Shown one piece after another: positions 44,811 to 54,854 of a DNA stretch of 64,000 nt (position 1 is its first letter; the number at the start of each line of letters is the position of its first letter). The notes beneath the pieces were generated by a model. It did not search any database. It was not told where the DNA came from and saw only the letters and a program-made list of their open reading frames with translations. A program made the translations under genes and the position numbers. This stretch comes from an uncultured Thermomicrobia bacterium (lineage in GTDB: Bacteria; Chloroflexota; Chloroflexia; Thermomicrobiales; JALYUS01): positions 31,346-95,345 of the forward strand of contig CALBSO010000143.1 of the NCBI GenBank assembly GCA_937968015.1, read 5' to 3'.

Positions 44811-45224
44811 ATGATGCAAGAGCAATCCAGTGGCGCGGCGGTTCGTTTTGGGCAGACATTGACGCGCCTGCGTACCGCGCAGCGGCTCTCTCAGAATCAA
44901 CTCGCGCAGCGTGCGGGTCTGAACCATTCCTATATCAGCCGCTTGGAATCAGGCGGTCGTGGTGACCCATCCCGCGTCGTCGTGGAACAATTCGTCGGCG
45001 CGCTTGGGCTTGATGCGTCGGGCCGCGATGCCGACGAACTGCGAATGGCAGCGGGCTTTCTCCCTGTAGACCCGGCGCACTTGCTGACCGGAGAAACCTC
45101 GCTCGCCAGACTGGCGACACTGCTTGAAGATACGCGCTTGCCGGATCAATCCCGTGCCACATTGCGGCGCTTGCTCTCGCTGCTTGTCGAGGAGTACACG
45201 CGAACCGCGAATCACGAGTCCTGA
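44811..45224 (+). CDS. XRE-family helix-turn-helix transcriptional regulator
   Basis: FGQTLTRLRTAQRLSQNQLAQRAGLNHSYISRLESG is a canonical HTH_XRE. ATG 44811 is chosen because the upstream part of the listed ORF has no support. Confidence 0.8.
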   Translation: MMQEQSSGAAVRFGQTLTRLRTAQRLSQNQLAQRAGLNHSYISRLESGGRGDPSRVVVEQFVGALGLDASGRDADELRMAAGFLPVDPAHLLTGETSLARLATLLEDTRLPDQSRATLRRLLSLLVEEYTRTANHES

Positions 45225-45322
45225 CGGACGTATGGACAGTATGTACGTACTTTGGTAGGCTGAACGTACAGTGTGATCGGCACGTTCGTGGCGCGCCTTT
45301 GGCGGCATCCTTCTGGGGGAGC

Positions 45323-48300
45323 ATGATGGCAACGGGTTCTTCCGCATCGCAGTCCGTCGAGTTCGCGCATCTCCATCTTCATTCGGAGTTTTCGTTACTC
45401 GACGGACTTGGGAAGATTCCCGATTACATGGCGCGCATGGGCGAACTCAATATGACCGCCGCCGCGTTGACCGATCACGGCGTGATGTATGGCGCGATGG
45501 ATTGGATGAAGGCGGGCAAGCAAACCGGCTTCCGCACGATCGTCGGTATGGAGGCGTATGTCGCGCCCGAGGGGCGGCACGAGCGGAAAAAAGCGCCGAT
45601 CCATCATCTGACGCTCCTTGCCCGCAACGAAACGGGGTATCGCAACCTCCTCGAACTCGCCAGCCGTGCCAGCCTCGAAGGATTCTACTATCGCCCGCGC
45701 ATTGACTACGATTTGCTGGCACAGAAGGCGGAGGGGATCACCTGCCTTTCCGGTTGCCTCTCGTCGCACCTCGCGTCGCACATCCTTCACGATCGCGACG
45801 ACGCGGCCCGCCAGTTGATAGATGACATGACGCAGTGGTTCGGGCGCGACCATTTCTTCCTCGAAGTGATGGATCACGGCATGCCCGAGCAACAGAAAAT
45901 GACGAAATTCCTGATCGAGGAAGGAAAGCGGACGGGACTACCGCTCGTTGCGACCAACGATGTGCATTTCGTCCGGCGCGAAGATCACCCCGCGCACGAC
46001 ATCCTGCTCTGCATCCAGACGGGCGCGACCGTAGATGACCCGAACCGCTTCGCGAGCAAGACTGACCAGATCTACATGAAGAGTGGCGACGAGATGCTCG
46101 AACGGTTCCGGGAGATCCCCGAGGCCATATCGAACACAATGCGCGTCGTCGAGCAATGCGATCTACAACTCGGTAACCCCGGTTTCCTGATGCCGCACTT
46201 CGCGGTACCGGATGGCTTCACGCCGGCGACATACCTGGAGCGCTTGTGTCGGGAGGGCGCCGAGCGGAAATACGGCCACCTCACCGGCGAAGTGGCGGAG
46301 CGGTTGGCGTTCGAACTCCAGGTCATCACGGACATGGGCTTTCCCACGTATTTCCTCGTCGTCTGGGATTTCGTCCGCTACGCAAAAGAGAACGGCGTGC
46401 TGGTCGGGCCGGGGCGCGGTAGTGCGGCGGGTAGCATCGTCGCCTACAGCCTCGATATCACGACCGTTGACCCGCTGCGGCACGGCCTGCTCTTCGAGCG
46501 GTTTCTCAATCCATCCCGCATCTCAATGCCGGATATTGACATTGATTTCGCGGATGACGGGCGCGACCTCATCATTAAGTACGTCACCGAAAAGTACGGT
46601 GCGGAGCAAGTCTCGCAAATCATCACCTTCGGGACGCTCGCGGCACGTGCGGCGATCCGCGATGTCGGGCGCGCGCTCGGCATGCCATATGGCGATGTGG
46701 ACCAGGTCGCGAAGTTGATCCCGCAGGTGCCCGCTCACCCGGTTTCAATCGGCCAGGCATTGGAGCAGGTGCCCGACCTCAAGGCGCTGAATGATCGGGA
46801 TGCCAATGTGCGGCGGCTGCTCGACACCGCGCGGAAATTGGAAGGCGTGTCGCGTCATGCCTCTACGCACGCTGCCGGCATCGTCATCTCACGCGATCCG
46901 CTCATCCAACATGTCCCGTTGCAGCGCACCGGGGCGGGCGACAACGCGGGCGTCACGACGCAGTATCCGATGGGCTGGCTCGAAGAACTCGGCCTCCTGA
47001 AGATGGACTTTCTCGGCCTCAAAACGCTCACCGTGCTGACGAAGGCGCTGCACCTTCTCGAACGGCGCGGCATCACCGTTGATCTCGACACGCTCGACCT
47101 TGAGGACCCTGTCGCCTACGCGCCACTAATGCGCGGTGAGACGATGGGCATCTTCCAACTCGATCAGCCCACCGGCCAACGTATCTGTGCGCTCGTGAAG
47201 CCGCGAAACTTCGCCGAAGTGGTCGCGGTCGGCGCACTGGCGCGGCCCGGCCCGATGGAGCACGCGCCCCGATTCGCGGCGCGCAAGGAGGGCCGCGAGG
47301 AAGTCACCTACGCTCATCCCGATCTGGAGCCTGTGCTGCGCGAAACATACGGATTCGCGCTCTTTCAGGAGCAGGTAATGCAGATCGCGCGGGTGCTCGC
47401 GGGCTACTCGCTCGCCGAGGCCGACAGCCTGCGGAAGGCGATGGGCAAGAAACTGCCCGCCGAGATGGCGAAGCACCGCGACCGGTTTGTCCAGGGTTGT
47501 GCGGAGAAGGGCGTTCCGAAAAAGACCGCCGTCCCGCTCTTCGAGGAACTGGAGAAATTCTCCGGCTACGGCTTCAATAAGGCGCACTCAACCTGCTATG
47601 GCTTAATCGGCTACTGGTGCGTGTGGCTGAAAGCGCATTATCCCGCCGAGTTCCTGGCAGCAATCCTGACGAGCGAGCAGGGGGACACCGCCCGTGTTGT
47701 CCAGTTGATCGCGGAATGCCGACGGATGAAAATTGCCGTCCTGCCGCCCGATGTCAATCGCAGCGAGCGGGATTTCAGCGTCGAGGAGACCGGCCAAACG
47801 CGCGCCGACGGAGAGCCTGAGCGTGCCGTGCGGATTGGCCTGAGCGCGATCAAGAATGTCGGGGTCGGGGTCGTTGATGCGATCATCGGCGCGCGGGAGG
47901 AGCAACCAGAGAAGCGGTTCGTCGGGCTGGCGCAGTTCTGCGCGAGCGTTGGCGCCCAAGTCAACCGGCGCGCTGTCGAATGTCTGATTAAAGTTGGCGC
48001 GATGCGTAACCTGGGGAACGGCCAGCAACTGATGCTTGCTGTGGAGAGCGCGATGTCAGCGGCGCAGGCGACGCGCAAGGCGGCCGCGGCGGGCCAGTTC
48101 GGATTGTTCGGGGCGGCAATCCCCGGCGCGACCGACATCCTTGATGTGCCGCTCCCGGATGTGCCGGACTGGTCGGTCAAGGAGCAATTGGCCCACGAGA
48201 AGGAGTTGCTTGGCATCTATCTTTCGGAGCATCCGCTGACGGCGGTCGCGGCGCGCGTGCGTGGGAAGCAAATCGTCAATCTCGGCACGATTGACGAAGC

Positions 48301-48865
48301 GATGGCCGGGCAACGGGCGACGGTGATCGGTCTGCTGATTGAGCCGCGCGCGATGCTCACGAAGAAGGGCACGATGATGCTCCGGGCAGCGCTCGAAGGC
48401 GTGGATGGCGTTTCGCTCGATCTTATCGCTTTCTCCGAGGCGTACGAGCGGTGCAAGGAGACGCTCGTCGCCGACATGGTGATCGAGGTGGATGCGCGCG
48501 TTGACTTTCGTGGCGAGCAAATCCAACTGATCGTCGAAGCGGTGCGGCCCTGCGAAGATTCTCAGCCCGCCGCGGATGCGCCAACGATCGAAAGATGGGT
48601 CCACATCTCGCTTTCCGTCGAGCAGACTGAGGAGATACATGGCCGCTTGCATGATTTGCTGCGCGCGTATCCCGGCAGTGATGTCGTGCTGCTTCACTGT
48701 CAGACACCAGCGGGACGGCGCGTTCTGCGGCCAATGTTCCTGCGGATTGATGGCGACGAGAGTTTGCAGGCAGCCGTTCGCTCATTGATCGGGCACGAGG
48801 CCGTGCGCGTCGAGACCGTCACGCTCTCGCAGCGCAACGAGTACGAGCAGTTCAGCGCTGACTAA
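45323..48865 (+). CDS. dnaE: DNA polymerase III subunit alpha
   Basis: PHP domain FAHLHLHSEFSLLDG, palm/fingers blocks (GPGRGSAAGS, DIDIDF), an OB-fold C-terminal region. About 1180 aa. Confidence 0.95.
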   Translation: MMATGSSASQSVEFAHLHLHSEFSLLDGLGKIPDYMARMGELNMTAAALTDHGVMYGAMDWMKAGKQTGFRTIVGMEAYVAPEGRHERKKAPIHHLTLLARNETGYRNLLELASRASLEGFYYRPRIDYDLLAQKAEGITCLSGCLSSHLASHILHDRDDAARQLIDDMTQWFGRDHFFLEVMDHGMPEQQKMTKFLIEEGKRTGLPLVATNDVHFVRREDHPAHDILLCIQTGATVDDPNRFASKTDQIYMKSGDEMLERFREIPEAISNTMRVVEQCDLQLGNPGFLMPHFAVPDGFTPATYLERLCREGAERKYGHLTGEVAERLAFELQVITDMGFPTYFLVVWDFVRYAKENGVLVGPGRGSAAGSIVAYSLDITTVDPLRHGLLFERFLNPSRISMPDIDIDFADDGRDLIIKYVTEKYGAEQVSQIITFGTLAARAAIRDVGRALGMPYGDVDQVAKLIPQVPAHPVSIGQALEQVPDLKALNDRDANVRRLLDTARKLEGVSRHASTHAAGIVISRDPLIQHVPLQRTGAGDNAGVTTQYPMGWLEELGLLKMDFLGLKTLTVLTKALHLLERRGITVDLDTLDLEDPVAYAPLMRGETMGIFQLDQPTGQRICALVKPRNFAEVVAVGALARPGPMEHAPRFAARKEGREEVTYAHPDLEPVLRETYGFALFQEQVMQIARVLAGYSLAEADSLRKAMGKKLPAEMAKHRDRFVQGCAEKGVPKKTAVPLFEELEKFSGYGFNKAHSTCYGLIGYWCVWLKAHYPAEFLAAILTSEQGDTARVVQLIAECRRMKIAVLPPDVNRSERDFSVEETGQTRADGEPERAVRIGLSAIKNVGVGVVDAIIGAREEQPEKRFVGLAQFCASVGAQVNRRAVECLIKVGAMRNLGNGQQLMLAVESAMSAAQATRKAAAAGQFGLFGAAIPGATDILDVPLPDVPDWSVKEQLAHEKELLGIYLSEHPLTAVAARVRGKQIVNLGTIDEAMAGQRATVIGLLIEPRAMLTKKGTMMLRAALEGVDGVSLDLIAFSEAYERCKETLVADMVIEVDARVDFRGEQIQLIVEAVRPCEDSQPAADAPTIERWVHISLSVEQTEEIHGRLHDLLRAYPGSDVVLLHCQTPAGRRVLRPMFLRIDGDESLQAAVRSLIGHEAVRVETVTLSQRNEYEQFSAD

Positions 48866-50592
48866 CTACCGGCAATACGGCGCGCGCGGCGCGCGAGGAT
48901 CTCCTCAGCGGGCCAGCAGTTGAGGACATGCTCCGGCGCAATCCAGGCGCGCCGCGCGGTCATGACGCCGAAGATCATGTTGCTCAGACCCGACGGACTG
49001 TGCGCATCGCTGTTGATCGTCAGGATGACACCGGCTGTGGTGGCGCGCATCGCGTGCGGCGCGTCGAGGTCGAGGCGATGATAATCGGCGTTGATTTCCA
49101 GGGAGGTCTCCGTTCGCACCGCTTCCGCGATGATGGCGTCAAGGTCAAGGTCCATCGGCTCCCGGTGCAACGGCATCCGACCGGTCGGATGGGCGATGAT
49201 ATCCACATACGGATTACGGATCGCGGTCAGGGTGCGGCGCGTTACCGTCTCGCGGTCGCCACGCTGGCCGCTATGGACGGACGCGATGGCGTAATCGAGT
49301 GTCGCGAGGACTGCATCATCGAGGTCGAGGTGGCCGTCGCTATGCACTTCCGTCTCGCACGCGCAGAGGACGGTGATCCCGGTAGGCAGCGCATCTATTT
49401 CCGCCCGCTGTTGACGCAGCCGCTCCGGATCGAGGCCGTTGGCAATCCGCAGCGAGTACGAATGGTCGCTCACGCCATAATAGGAGTAGCCGCGTTGTCG
49501 GGCGGCGGCCGCCATTTCCGCGATTGTCCCGCCACCATCACTCCACACCGAGTGGGTGTGCAAGTCTCCGCGGATGTCGTCAAGCGCGACGAGACGTGGC
49601 ACGCCGGAACGAATGACCGCGTCGAGCGCCGCACCGCCCTCGCGGAGTTCGGGGGGGATGAAGGGGAGGCCGAGCGCCGCGAAGGCGTTGGTCTCATCTC
49701 CTTCGATTATTCGCGCACCTTGTCGCAGCCCTGCTTCGTCCAGGGTGAAGCCGCGTGCCTCGGCGTACGCCGCTACCGCTTCGCGGAAACCCGGCTGATC
49801 GCCCCTCGTCGTGTTCCCCGTCAGCCAGAGGAGCGCGCCGCCGGCAGTCGCGGTGGGCCGGGTAATGCATTCCGCCTCCGCGCCATCAATCAAGCGGACA
49901 CGTACGGCATCGGCGTCTCTCCGCACGACATTCAGGACATCCGGCAGACGTGCGAAGAGATCGAGCGCCACGGCGGGCGCATTTGTTGCGGCTAGTAGGT
50001 CAACGTCGCCGAGCGTTGGCGCCCATCGCCGCAGGCTGCCGATTGGTGTGAGCGGTACATCCGGCAATCGTGCGTGAAAGTCGGCGACCAGTTTCGCGGC
50101 GACGGTCGCGCCCGTCCCGAGCAAGATGCGCCCCGCAGTGGCGATCCGCGCGTGCAAGCCACTGAGGATTTCCGCCTCACGGTGCGCGCCGATGCCCTTG
50201 ACGGTCTTGAGCGCCCCGGCCTGGAATGCCTGTTCGTAGGATGGAAGATCGGGGAGATTGAATCGCGCATGTAGCGACGCAGCCGTCTTCGGGCCGATAC
50301 CGGGGACACTCATCAATGCGACAACGACTGCTGGCAATGCCTCGCGTAGCGCGTTCAGGCGCGCAAATTCGCCTGTCGTGAGCATCTCCGTGATTTCCGC
50401 GCCAATGGCTGGGCCGATACCCGGCAGCGACTGGAGTTGGTGGCGCGCCGCGAGCGCCGCGAGCGGGCGCGCTTCGTGGCGGACCGTGTCACTCGCGCGG
50501 CGATAGGCGGAGACACGGAAACGATCCTCACCGGCGATCTCCATCAAGTCGGCGAGTTCCCGCAAGGCTGCGGAAACCTGGCGATTTTCCAA
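48862..50592 (-). CDS. polX: Family X DNA polymerase with C-terminal PHP phosphoesterase domain (PolX)
   Basis: N-terminal Pol-beta-like HhH region (LPGIGPAIGAEI, VPGIGPKTA) and a PHP domain (GDLHTHSVWSDG ... INSDAH). TTG start. Overlaps the dnaE stop by 4 nt, convergent. Confidence 0.88.
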   Translation of the reverse strand: MENRQVSAALRELADLMEIAGEDRFRVSAYRRASDTVRHEARPLAALAARHQLQSLPGIGPAIGAEITEMLTTGEFARLNALREALPAVVVALMSVPGIGPKTAASLHARFNLPDLPSYEQAFQAGALKTVKGIGAHREAEILSGLHARIATAGRILLGTGATVAAKLVADFHARLPDVPLTPIGSLRRWAPTLGDVDLLAATNAPAVALDLFARLPDVLNVVRRDADAVRVRLIDGAEAECITRPTATAGGALLWLTGNTTRGDQPGFREAVAAYAEARGFTLDEAGLRQGARIIEGDETNAFAALGLPFIPPELREGGAALDAVIRSGVPRLVALDDIRGDLHTHSVWSDGGGTIAEMAAAARQRGYSYYGVSDHSYSLRIANGLDPERLRQQRAEIDALPTGITVLCACETEVHSDGHLDLDDAVLATLDYAIASVHSGQRGDRETVTRRTLTAIRNPYVDIIAHPTGRMPLHREPMDLDLDAIIAEAVRTETSLEINADYHRLDLDAPHAMRATTAGVILTINSDAHSPSGLSNMIFGVMTARRAWIAPEHVLNCWPAEEILARRARRIAGS

Positions 50593-50695
50593 TGACGCGA
50601 ATCCTTTCGTTGCCTACTATTCGCAGTCTACCACGCCCATTGCCGAACCGTCGTGCGCGTGGCATACTGGCTGTACGTACAGGAGGCGCTAGACG

Positions 50696-51316
50696 ATGGC
50701 AACCCTCGTTGTCGCATCGAACAATCCAGGGAAGCTCCATGAGTTTCGGAAAATACTCGCGGCACTGCCGCTCTCATTGGTCGCGGCCAGCGACGCGGGC
50801 GTGACGGTTTTCCCCCCGGAAATCGGCGTGACGTTCGCCGAAAACGCGCGAGCAAAAGCCCGCTATGTCACGGGAATGACGGGCCAGCCTGCCCTCGGTG
50901 ACGATTCCGGTCTCGTCGTTGACGCCCTCAACGGCGCGCCGGGCGTGTTCTCCGCCCGATTCGGAGGGGCTGGCCTGAGCGACCACGATCGTTGTCTCCT
51001 CCTCCTCGACAAATTGAAGGCCGTGCCACATGCCTCGCGGACGGCACGGTTCATCGCGGCCCTCGCACTTTCGTTGCCAGATGGAAGTGTGCTCGAATCG
51101 GAAGGTCATTTAGCGGGCATCATCGCGGACCAGCCGCGCGGCACGTCCGGCTTCGGGTACGACCCCCTGTTTATCGTCGGAGGCACGGATCGGACGCTCG
51201 CCGAGATGCAGGATGACGAGAAGAATGCGATCAGCCATCGCGCGCGTGCATTCGCTGCACTGCGCCCGCGATTGGTTGCAGCGCAGTTGGCAGGGGGATT
51301 CATTGCTCCACAATGA
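50696..51316 (+). CDS. rdgB: Non-canonical purine NTP pyrophosphatase RdgB/HAM1
   Basis: LVVASNNPGKLHEFRKIL, EIGVTFAENA, DDSGLVVDALNGAPGV, GFGYDPLF, ISHRARA motifs. AGGAGG lies 9 nt upstream. Confidence 0.9.
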   Translation: MATLVVASNNPGKLHEFRKILAALPLSLVAASDAGVTVFPPEIGVTFAENARAKARYVTGMTGQPALGDDSGLVVDALNGAPGVFSARFGGAGLSDHDRCLLLLDKLKAVPHASRTARFIAALALSLPDGSVLESEGHLAGIIADQPRGTSGFGYDPLFIVGGTDRTLAEMQDDEKNAISHRARAFAALRPRLVAAQLAGGFIAPQ

Positions 51317-51338
51317 GAACGATGCGGTTGCGTCCGGC

Positions 51339-52382
51339 ATGACGGTCGCGGCGGCGATAGATGACTTCCTGACGACGATGCGGAAAAGCCCCAAAACCGT
51401 GGCAACGTACGGGTATGGGCTGCGGAAATTTTGCGCGTTTCTGGTGAGCGAGGGCTTTCACGCTGATACGGTCGCCGTCACCGAACTGACGACCGCACAT
51501 GTCGTGGATTTTGCGGCGTCATTGCTCCCGCGAGAACGGCAGACGCGCGAAGATGTCGCCGCGACGCGTACCGCACAAACGTATAGCGCCGCGGTGCGCA
51601 AGTTCTACAAGCATTTGGTAGCGAACGACCTCCATCCGGCGCTCTCGCTCGAAAAGATGGGGTTGCAACTGGCGGCGCAACAATCGGGTTTCAGCGCGCC
51701 GCCGCCAGATATTCGCACGCGCGACCTGAACCGCATCCTCGACTTTCTCGCGCGTCAGCCGAAAGAGGAGAAAGCGGAGGCCGATCTCCGCCGATTGAAA
51801 GTTGCCGCCCTCATCCGCTTTCTCTATCGCTCCGGCACACGCGTCTCCGAATGTTGCGCGATGCGCCGTGGTGATATTGACCTTGAGGACGGCACGGCGT
51901 TCGTCTTTCGAGGCAAAGGCGGAAAGAGTCGCCGTGTCTACTTCGATACCGACACAGCGACGGCGTTGACGCGCTACTGGTCAGCACGGCTCGATGGCAG
52001 CCAACCGGTCGCGCTGGCAACCTTGCCGGCATTCAGCGGGCGCGATCTTCCCGGCAAGCCGGGCAACCGCATCACGCCCCGATCGGTGGAGCGGATAGTC
52101 AGCGAGGTCGCGCGGCAGGCCGGCATCGCCGCGCATATCACGCCGCACTCATTTCGCCACGGCCTTGCGACGCATCTCGTCGAAGGCAAAGTGCCCGCGC
52201 CCGTGGTGCAGCGCGTCCTCGGTCATGCAAACCTGGCGACGACGCAGGTCTACGTCCATCTCGTGGATGCCGAGGTGCGTGCCGAATACCAGGAGGCGTT
52301 CGGCGAGTATCGTCCGTCGTCGGCATCGGTGGAGTCTCTCATCCTCGAAAGCGACGCGCCGCCGTTGCCGGACGATGACTAA
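51339..52382 (+). CDS. Tyrosine site-specific recombinase (XerC/XerD-like)
   Basis: SAM-like N-domain (AIDDFLTTMRKSPKTVATYGYGLRKF), catalytic R (SGTRVSE), HSFRHGLATHL, and GHANLATTQVYVHL with the nucleophile Tyr. Start chosen at ATG 51339 to avoid overlap with rdgB. Confidence 0.85.
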   Translation: MTVAAAIDDFLTTMRKSPKTVATYGYGLRKFCAFLVSEGFHADTVAVTELTTAHVVDFAASLLPRERQTREDVAATRTAQTYSAAVRKFYKHLVANDLHPALSLEKMGLQLAAQQSGFSAPPPDIRTRDLNRILDFLARQPKEEKAEADLRRLKVAALIRFLYRSGTRVSECCAMRRGDIDLEDGTAFVFRGKGGKSRRVYFDTDTATALTRYWSARLDGSQPVALATLPAFSGRDLPGKPGNRITPRSVERIVSEVARQAGIAAHITPHSFRHGLATHLVEGKVPAPVVQRVLGHANLATTQVYVHLVDAEVRAEYQEAFGEYRPSSASVESLILESDAPPLPDDD

Positions 52383-53572
52383 TTCTTTATGCGCTGATCC
52401 GCACGCACGCCATTGATCGCGTTACGGATGACGATTTCGATGTCTTGCTGCGTCGCACGGCGCGGGTTGATACGAATGTTTCCCGACTTCATCGCATCCA
52501 CCGCAATCGCCGCGACGTGTTCCTCGGTCACGCCGACCTCGCCGAGCGTTTCCGGGATACCGACATCACGGCTGAGGGCGCGTACCGCCTGGATCCCCAT
52601 CTGCGCCGACGTGTTCCACGCCATCTGTGGATTGTTGCCGGATAGCGCCTTGCCGATCTCCGCGATGCGCGGGCCCGCGCCAATCGCGTTGTACTCCAAC
52701 ACGTAGGGGAGAAGGATCGCATTGGCAACGCCATGCGGCGTACCGACGTACGACGTGACCGGGTGCGAGATCGCGTGGACGATGCCGAGACGGTTCTGGC
52801 TGAATCCCATGCCGGCCATCGCCGCGGCGACCGCCATGTAGGCCATCGCCTCACGGTTGCCGTTCGCGACGGCGGGACGGAGGTACGTGCCGATCAGACG
52901 AATTGCGTGGATATCGAAGGCGTCCGAGAACGGCTGCACATCCTGATTCGTGTACGACTCAATCGCGTGCGTGAGCGCGTCCATACCGGTCGCGGCGATC
53001 AGCGACGCGGGCATCTTCAGGAAGAGATCGGGGTCAATAATTGCCACGCGTGGCACCTCGCGTGGCGACGCGATAGACATCTTCCAATGTCGCTCTTCAT
53101 CGGTGATGACGGCGAAGGGCGTCACCTCTGAACCTGTGCCGCATGTTGTCGGCACGCAGACTAAAGGTGGCAGATCACTGCGGACGGCCTCGGGCTTCCC
53201 TTCGTACTGCGCAATCCCGCCGCCGTTCGTCGCGAGGATGCCGACCGCCTTTGCGACATCCATTGGGCTGCCGCCACCGACCGCGACGATCGTGTTGCAT
53301 CCACCGGATTGATACGCGGCAAGGGCGGAATTGACCGTGCCGATGCTGGGATTCGGTTCGACCGCGTCGAAGACCGTTGTGCGAATGTCCGAGGCGGCGA
53401 GACTGGCACGCACGCCGTCGAGCAAGCCCGCATGAACGACCCCACGGTCGGTGACGACGAGCGCCGCTGTGCCGCCCAACGCGGCGACCTCGCGGCCCGT
53501 CGCCTGGACGCTCCCACTGCCGAAGATCACGCGCGTTGGCGCGTGGAAAACGTACTGTCGAGTCAGGTCCAT
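52379..53572 (-). CDS. Iron-containing (group III) alcohol dehydrogenase
   Basis: GGGSPMDVAKAVG, TTCGTGSEVT, and the His-rich metal site (DALTHAIESY, HAISHP). GGGAGGA lies 8 nt before ATG 53572. Confidence 0.88.
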   Translation of the reverse strand: MDLTRQYVFHAPTRVIFGSGSVQATGREVAALGGTAALVVTDRGVVHAGLLDGVRASLAASDIRTTVFDAVEPNPSIGTVNSALAAYQSGGCNTIVAVGGGSPMDVAKAVGILATNGGGIAQYEGKPEAVRSDLPPLVCVPTTCGTGSEVTPFAVITDEERHWKMSIASPREVPRVAIIDPDLFLKMPASLIAATGMDALTHAIESYTNQDVQPFSDAFDIHAIRLIGTYLRPAVANGNREAMAYMAVAAAMAGMGFSQNRLGIVHAISHPVTSYVGTPHGVANAILLPYVLEYNAIGAGPRIAEIGKALSGNNPQMAWNTSAQMGIQAVRALSRDVGIPETLGEVGVTEEHVAAIAVDAMKSGNIRINPRRATQQDIEIVIRNAINGVRADQRIKN

Positions 53573-53669
53573 CGTGATGATCCTCCCGCGCACTGCAAGT
53601 CAACCGTGAGACTGCCATGCTAACGCATTTGGCAGCGTGCTGCATCTTCGCCATCACGATCCAGTCGGA

Positions 53670-54854
53670 TTATCGCCTCGGCTTATCGTAGCCCGTCAGT
53701 TCGACATATCCCGAAGCGGTGATCGGCCCGCCTCCCTTTGTGCCCGTGATCGTGCAGTCGCCTTCCCAGTAGATGACGCTCGTGGAGCGCCGGGTGTCCA
53801 GTTCGGCATTCGGGATCACGGGCGTGTAGGTAAGGTCCATCGCGGGCACATCGCCCTGCGCCAGGACCGTCACCCGCCAGGCGCTTGGATAACTGATGCC
53901 GGTCGTCGGGCTTGTCCAGGCGCCGAGCGGTGTGATTGAAAATTGATCCGCGGAGAGTGCAACGGAGGGGACGGGCTTCGTCGGCGAACAATCACGCGGA
54001 CACGGCGGGATGTATTCACCGAAGGTTTGGACAATTTTCCCGGATGGGTCACGCAGGTGGTAAATCATCATCTCGCTGTTGTCGTCGAACTGCGTGCTGA
54101 ACCAATCCCATCCGCCGTTCGTCGCGAGGAAGTTGCCCCACTGGTGGTCGAACCAGAGCGTCCCATCCACGATGGGTTTCGCAACCCCGCCCACCGTCAT
54201 CGTCCCGCTCGGTCGCATGCGCGTGCGACTGTAGTAGTAACTGCTGCCACCCGGCCCGTAACTGAACTGGCCGCCACCCTGCAGGACCGGCCCTTTCGTG
54301 TCGGTCACAGTGAGATCAATCGCGTACGCCCCGGACTTCATGACTGCGTGCAAATGATCCGCCCCGCTCCGTCCCCGCATCGTCCAATCATTCACGCGGA
54401 GGTCGAATCCGTCGCTGCCGCCGAACGCGACATTACGCGCGAGCGATGATGCTTCATCGTAGGCAAACGCGCGGGTGTGTGGATCAATCACGGCGAAATG
54501 CGCCGCATACCCGATCGGGAAATCCGCGCGGCTACCTTGGAATATGACGTACTCGACACCGTACCGTGCGCCGTCAGCCGTCTGGACGTGACCGGTGTAG
54601 TACCACCACTCGGTAATGACCGGATGCGGGGCCTCATCCAACGGAAAGCGTATGACGGTGCCCGGCACCGGCCCTGGTGTGCTCGCCGGTACGGTCGCTG
54701 CGGCGATATTCGGCCCCGGCGTCGGGAACGATTCCGCGACGCCCGCACTTCCGCAGCCCGAAAGCGCCACGATCACTACGACGGAGAAAACGGAGAAACA
54801 TGCGGGAAATTGAAATAGACGGGGACGCATATATGGCGCTCCTTCGTAGGTCAT
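53670..54854 (-). CDS. Lipoprotein of the AttH / CrtC (hydroxyneurosporene synthase-like, lipocalin-like) family
   Basis: Signal peptide with lipobox LSGC. EWWYYTGHV and WFDHQWGNF motifs are typical of AttH-like proteins. The start overlaps the MMPL stop (TGATG). Confidence 0.7.
   Translation of the reverse strand: MTYEGAPYMRPRLFQFPACFSVFSVVVIVALSGCGSAGVAESFPTPGPNIAAATVPASTPGPVPGTVIRFPLDEAPHPVITEWWYYTGHVQTADGARYGVEYVIFQGSRADFPIGYAAHFAVIDPHTRAFAYDEASSLARNVAFGGSDGFDLRVNDWTMRGRSGADHLHAVMKSGAYAIDLTVTDTKGPVLQGGGQFSYGPGGSSYYYSRTRMRPSGTMTVGGVAKPIVDGTLWFDHQWGNFLATNGGWDWFSTQFDDNSEMMIYHLRDPSGKIVQTFGEYIPPCPRDCSPTKPVPSVALSADQFSITPLGAWTSPTTGISYPSAWRVTVLAQGDVPAMDLTYTPVIPNAELDTRRSTSVIYWEGDCTITGTKGGGPITASGYVELTGYDKPRR

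Noticed and set aside
45262-45287. GAACGT-N14-ACGTTC inverted repeat upstream of dnaE, as a possible LexA/Cheo box.
   Set aside because: Gram-positive-type SOS boxes are GAAC-N4-GTTC. A 14-nt spacer does not fit, and the arms are only 6 bp in GC-rich DNA.
43796-52382. tRNA cluster + XRE regulator + tyrosine recombinase as the signature of an integrated prophage or genomic island.
   Set aside because: Everything between them is core replication and repair (dnaE, polX, rdgB). I saw no phage structural genes, no att-like duplication of a tRNA 3-prime end, and no compositional shift.
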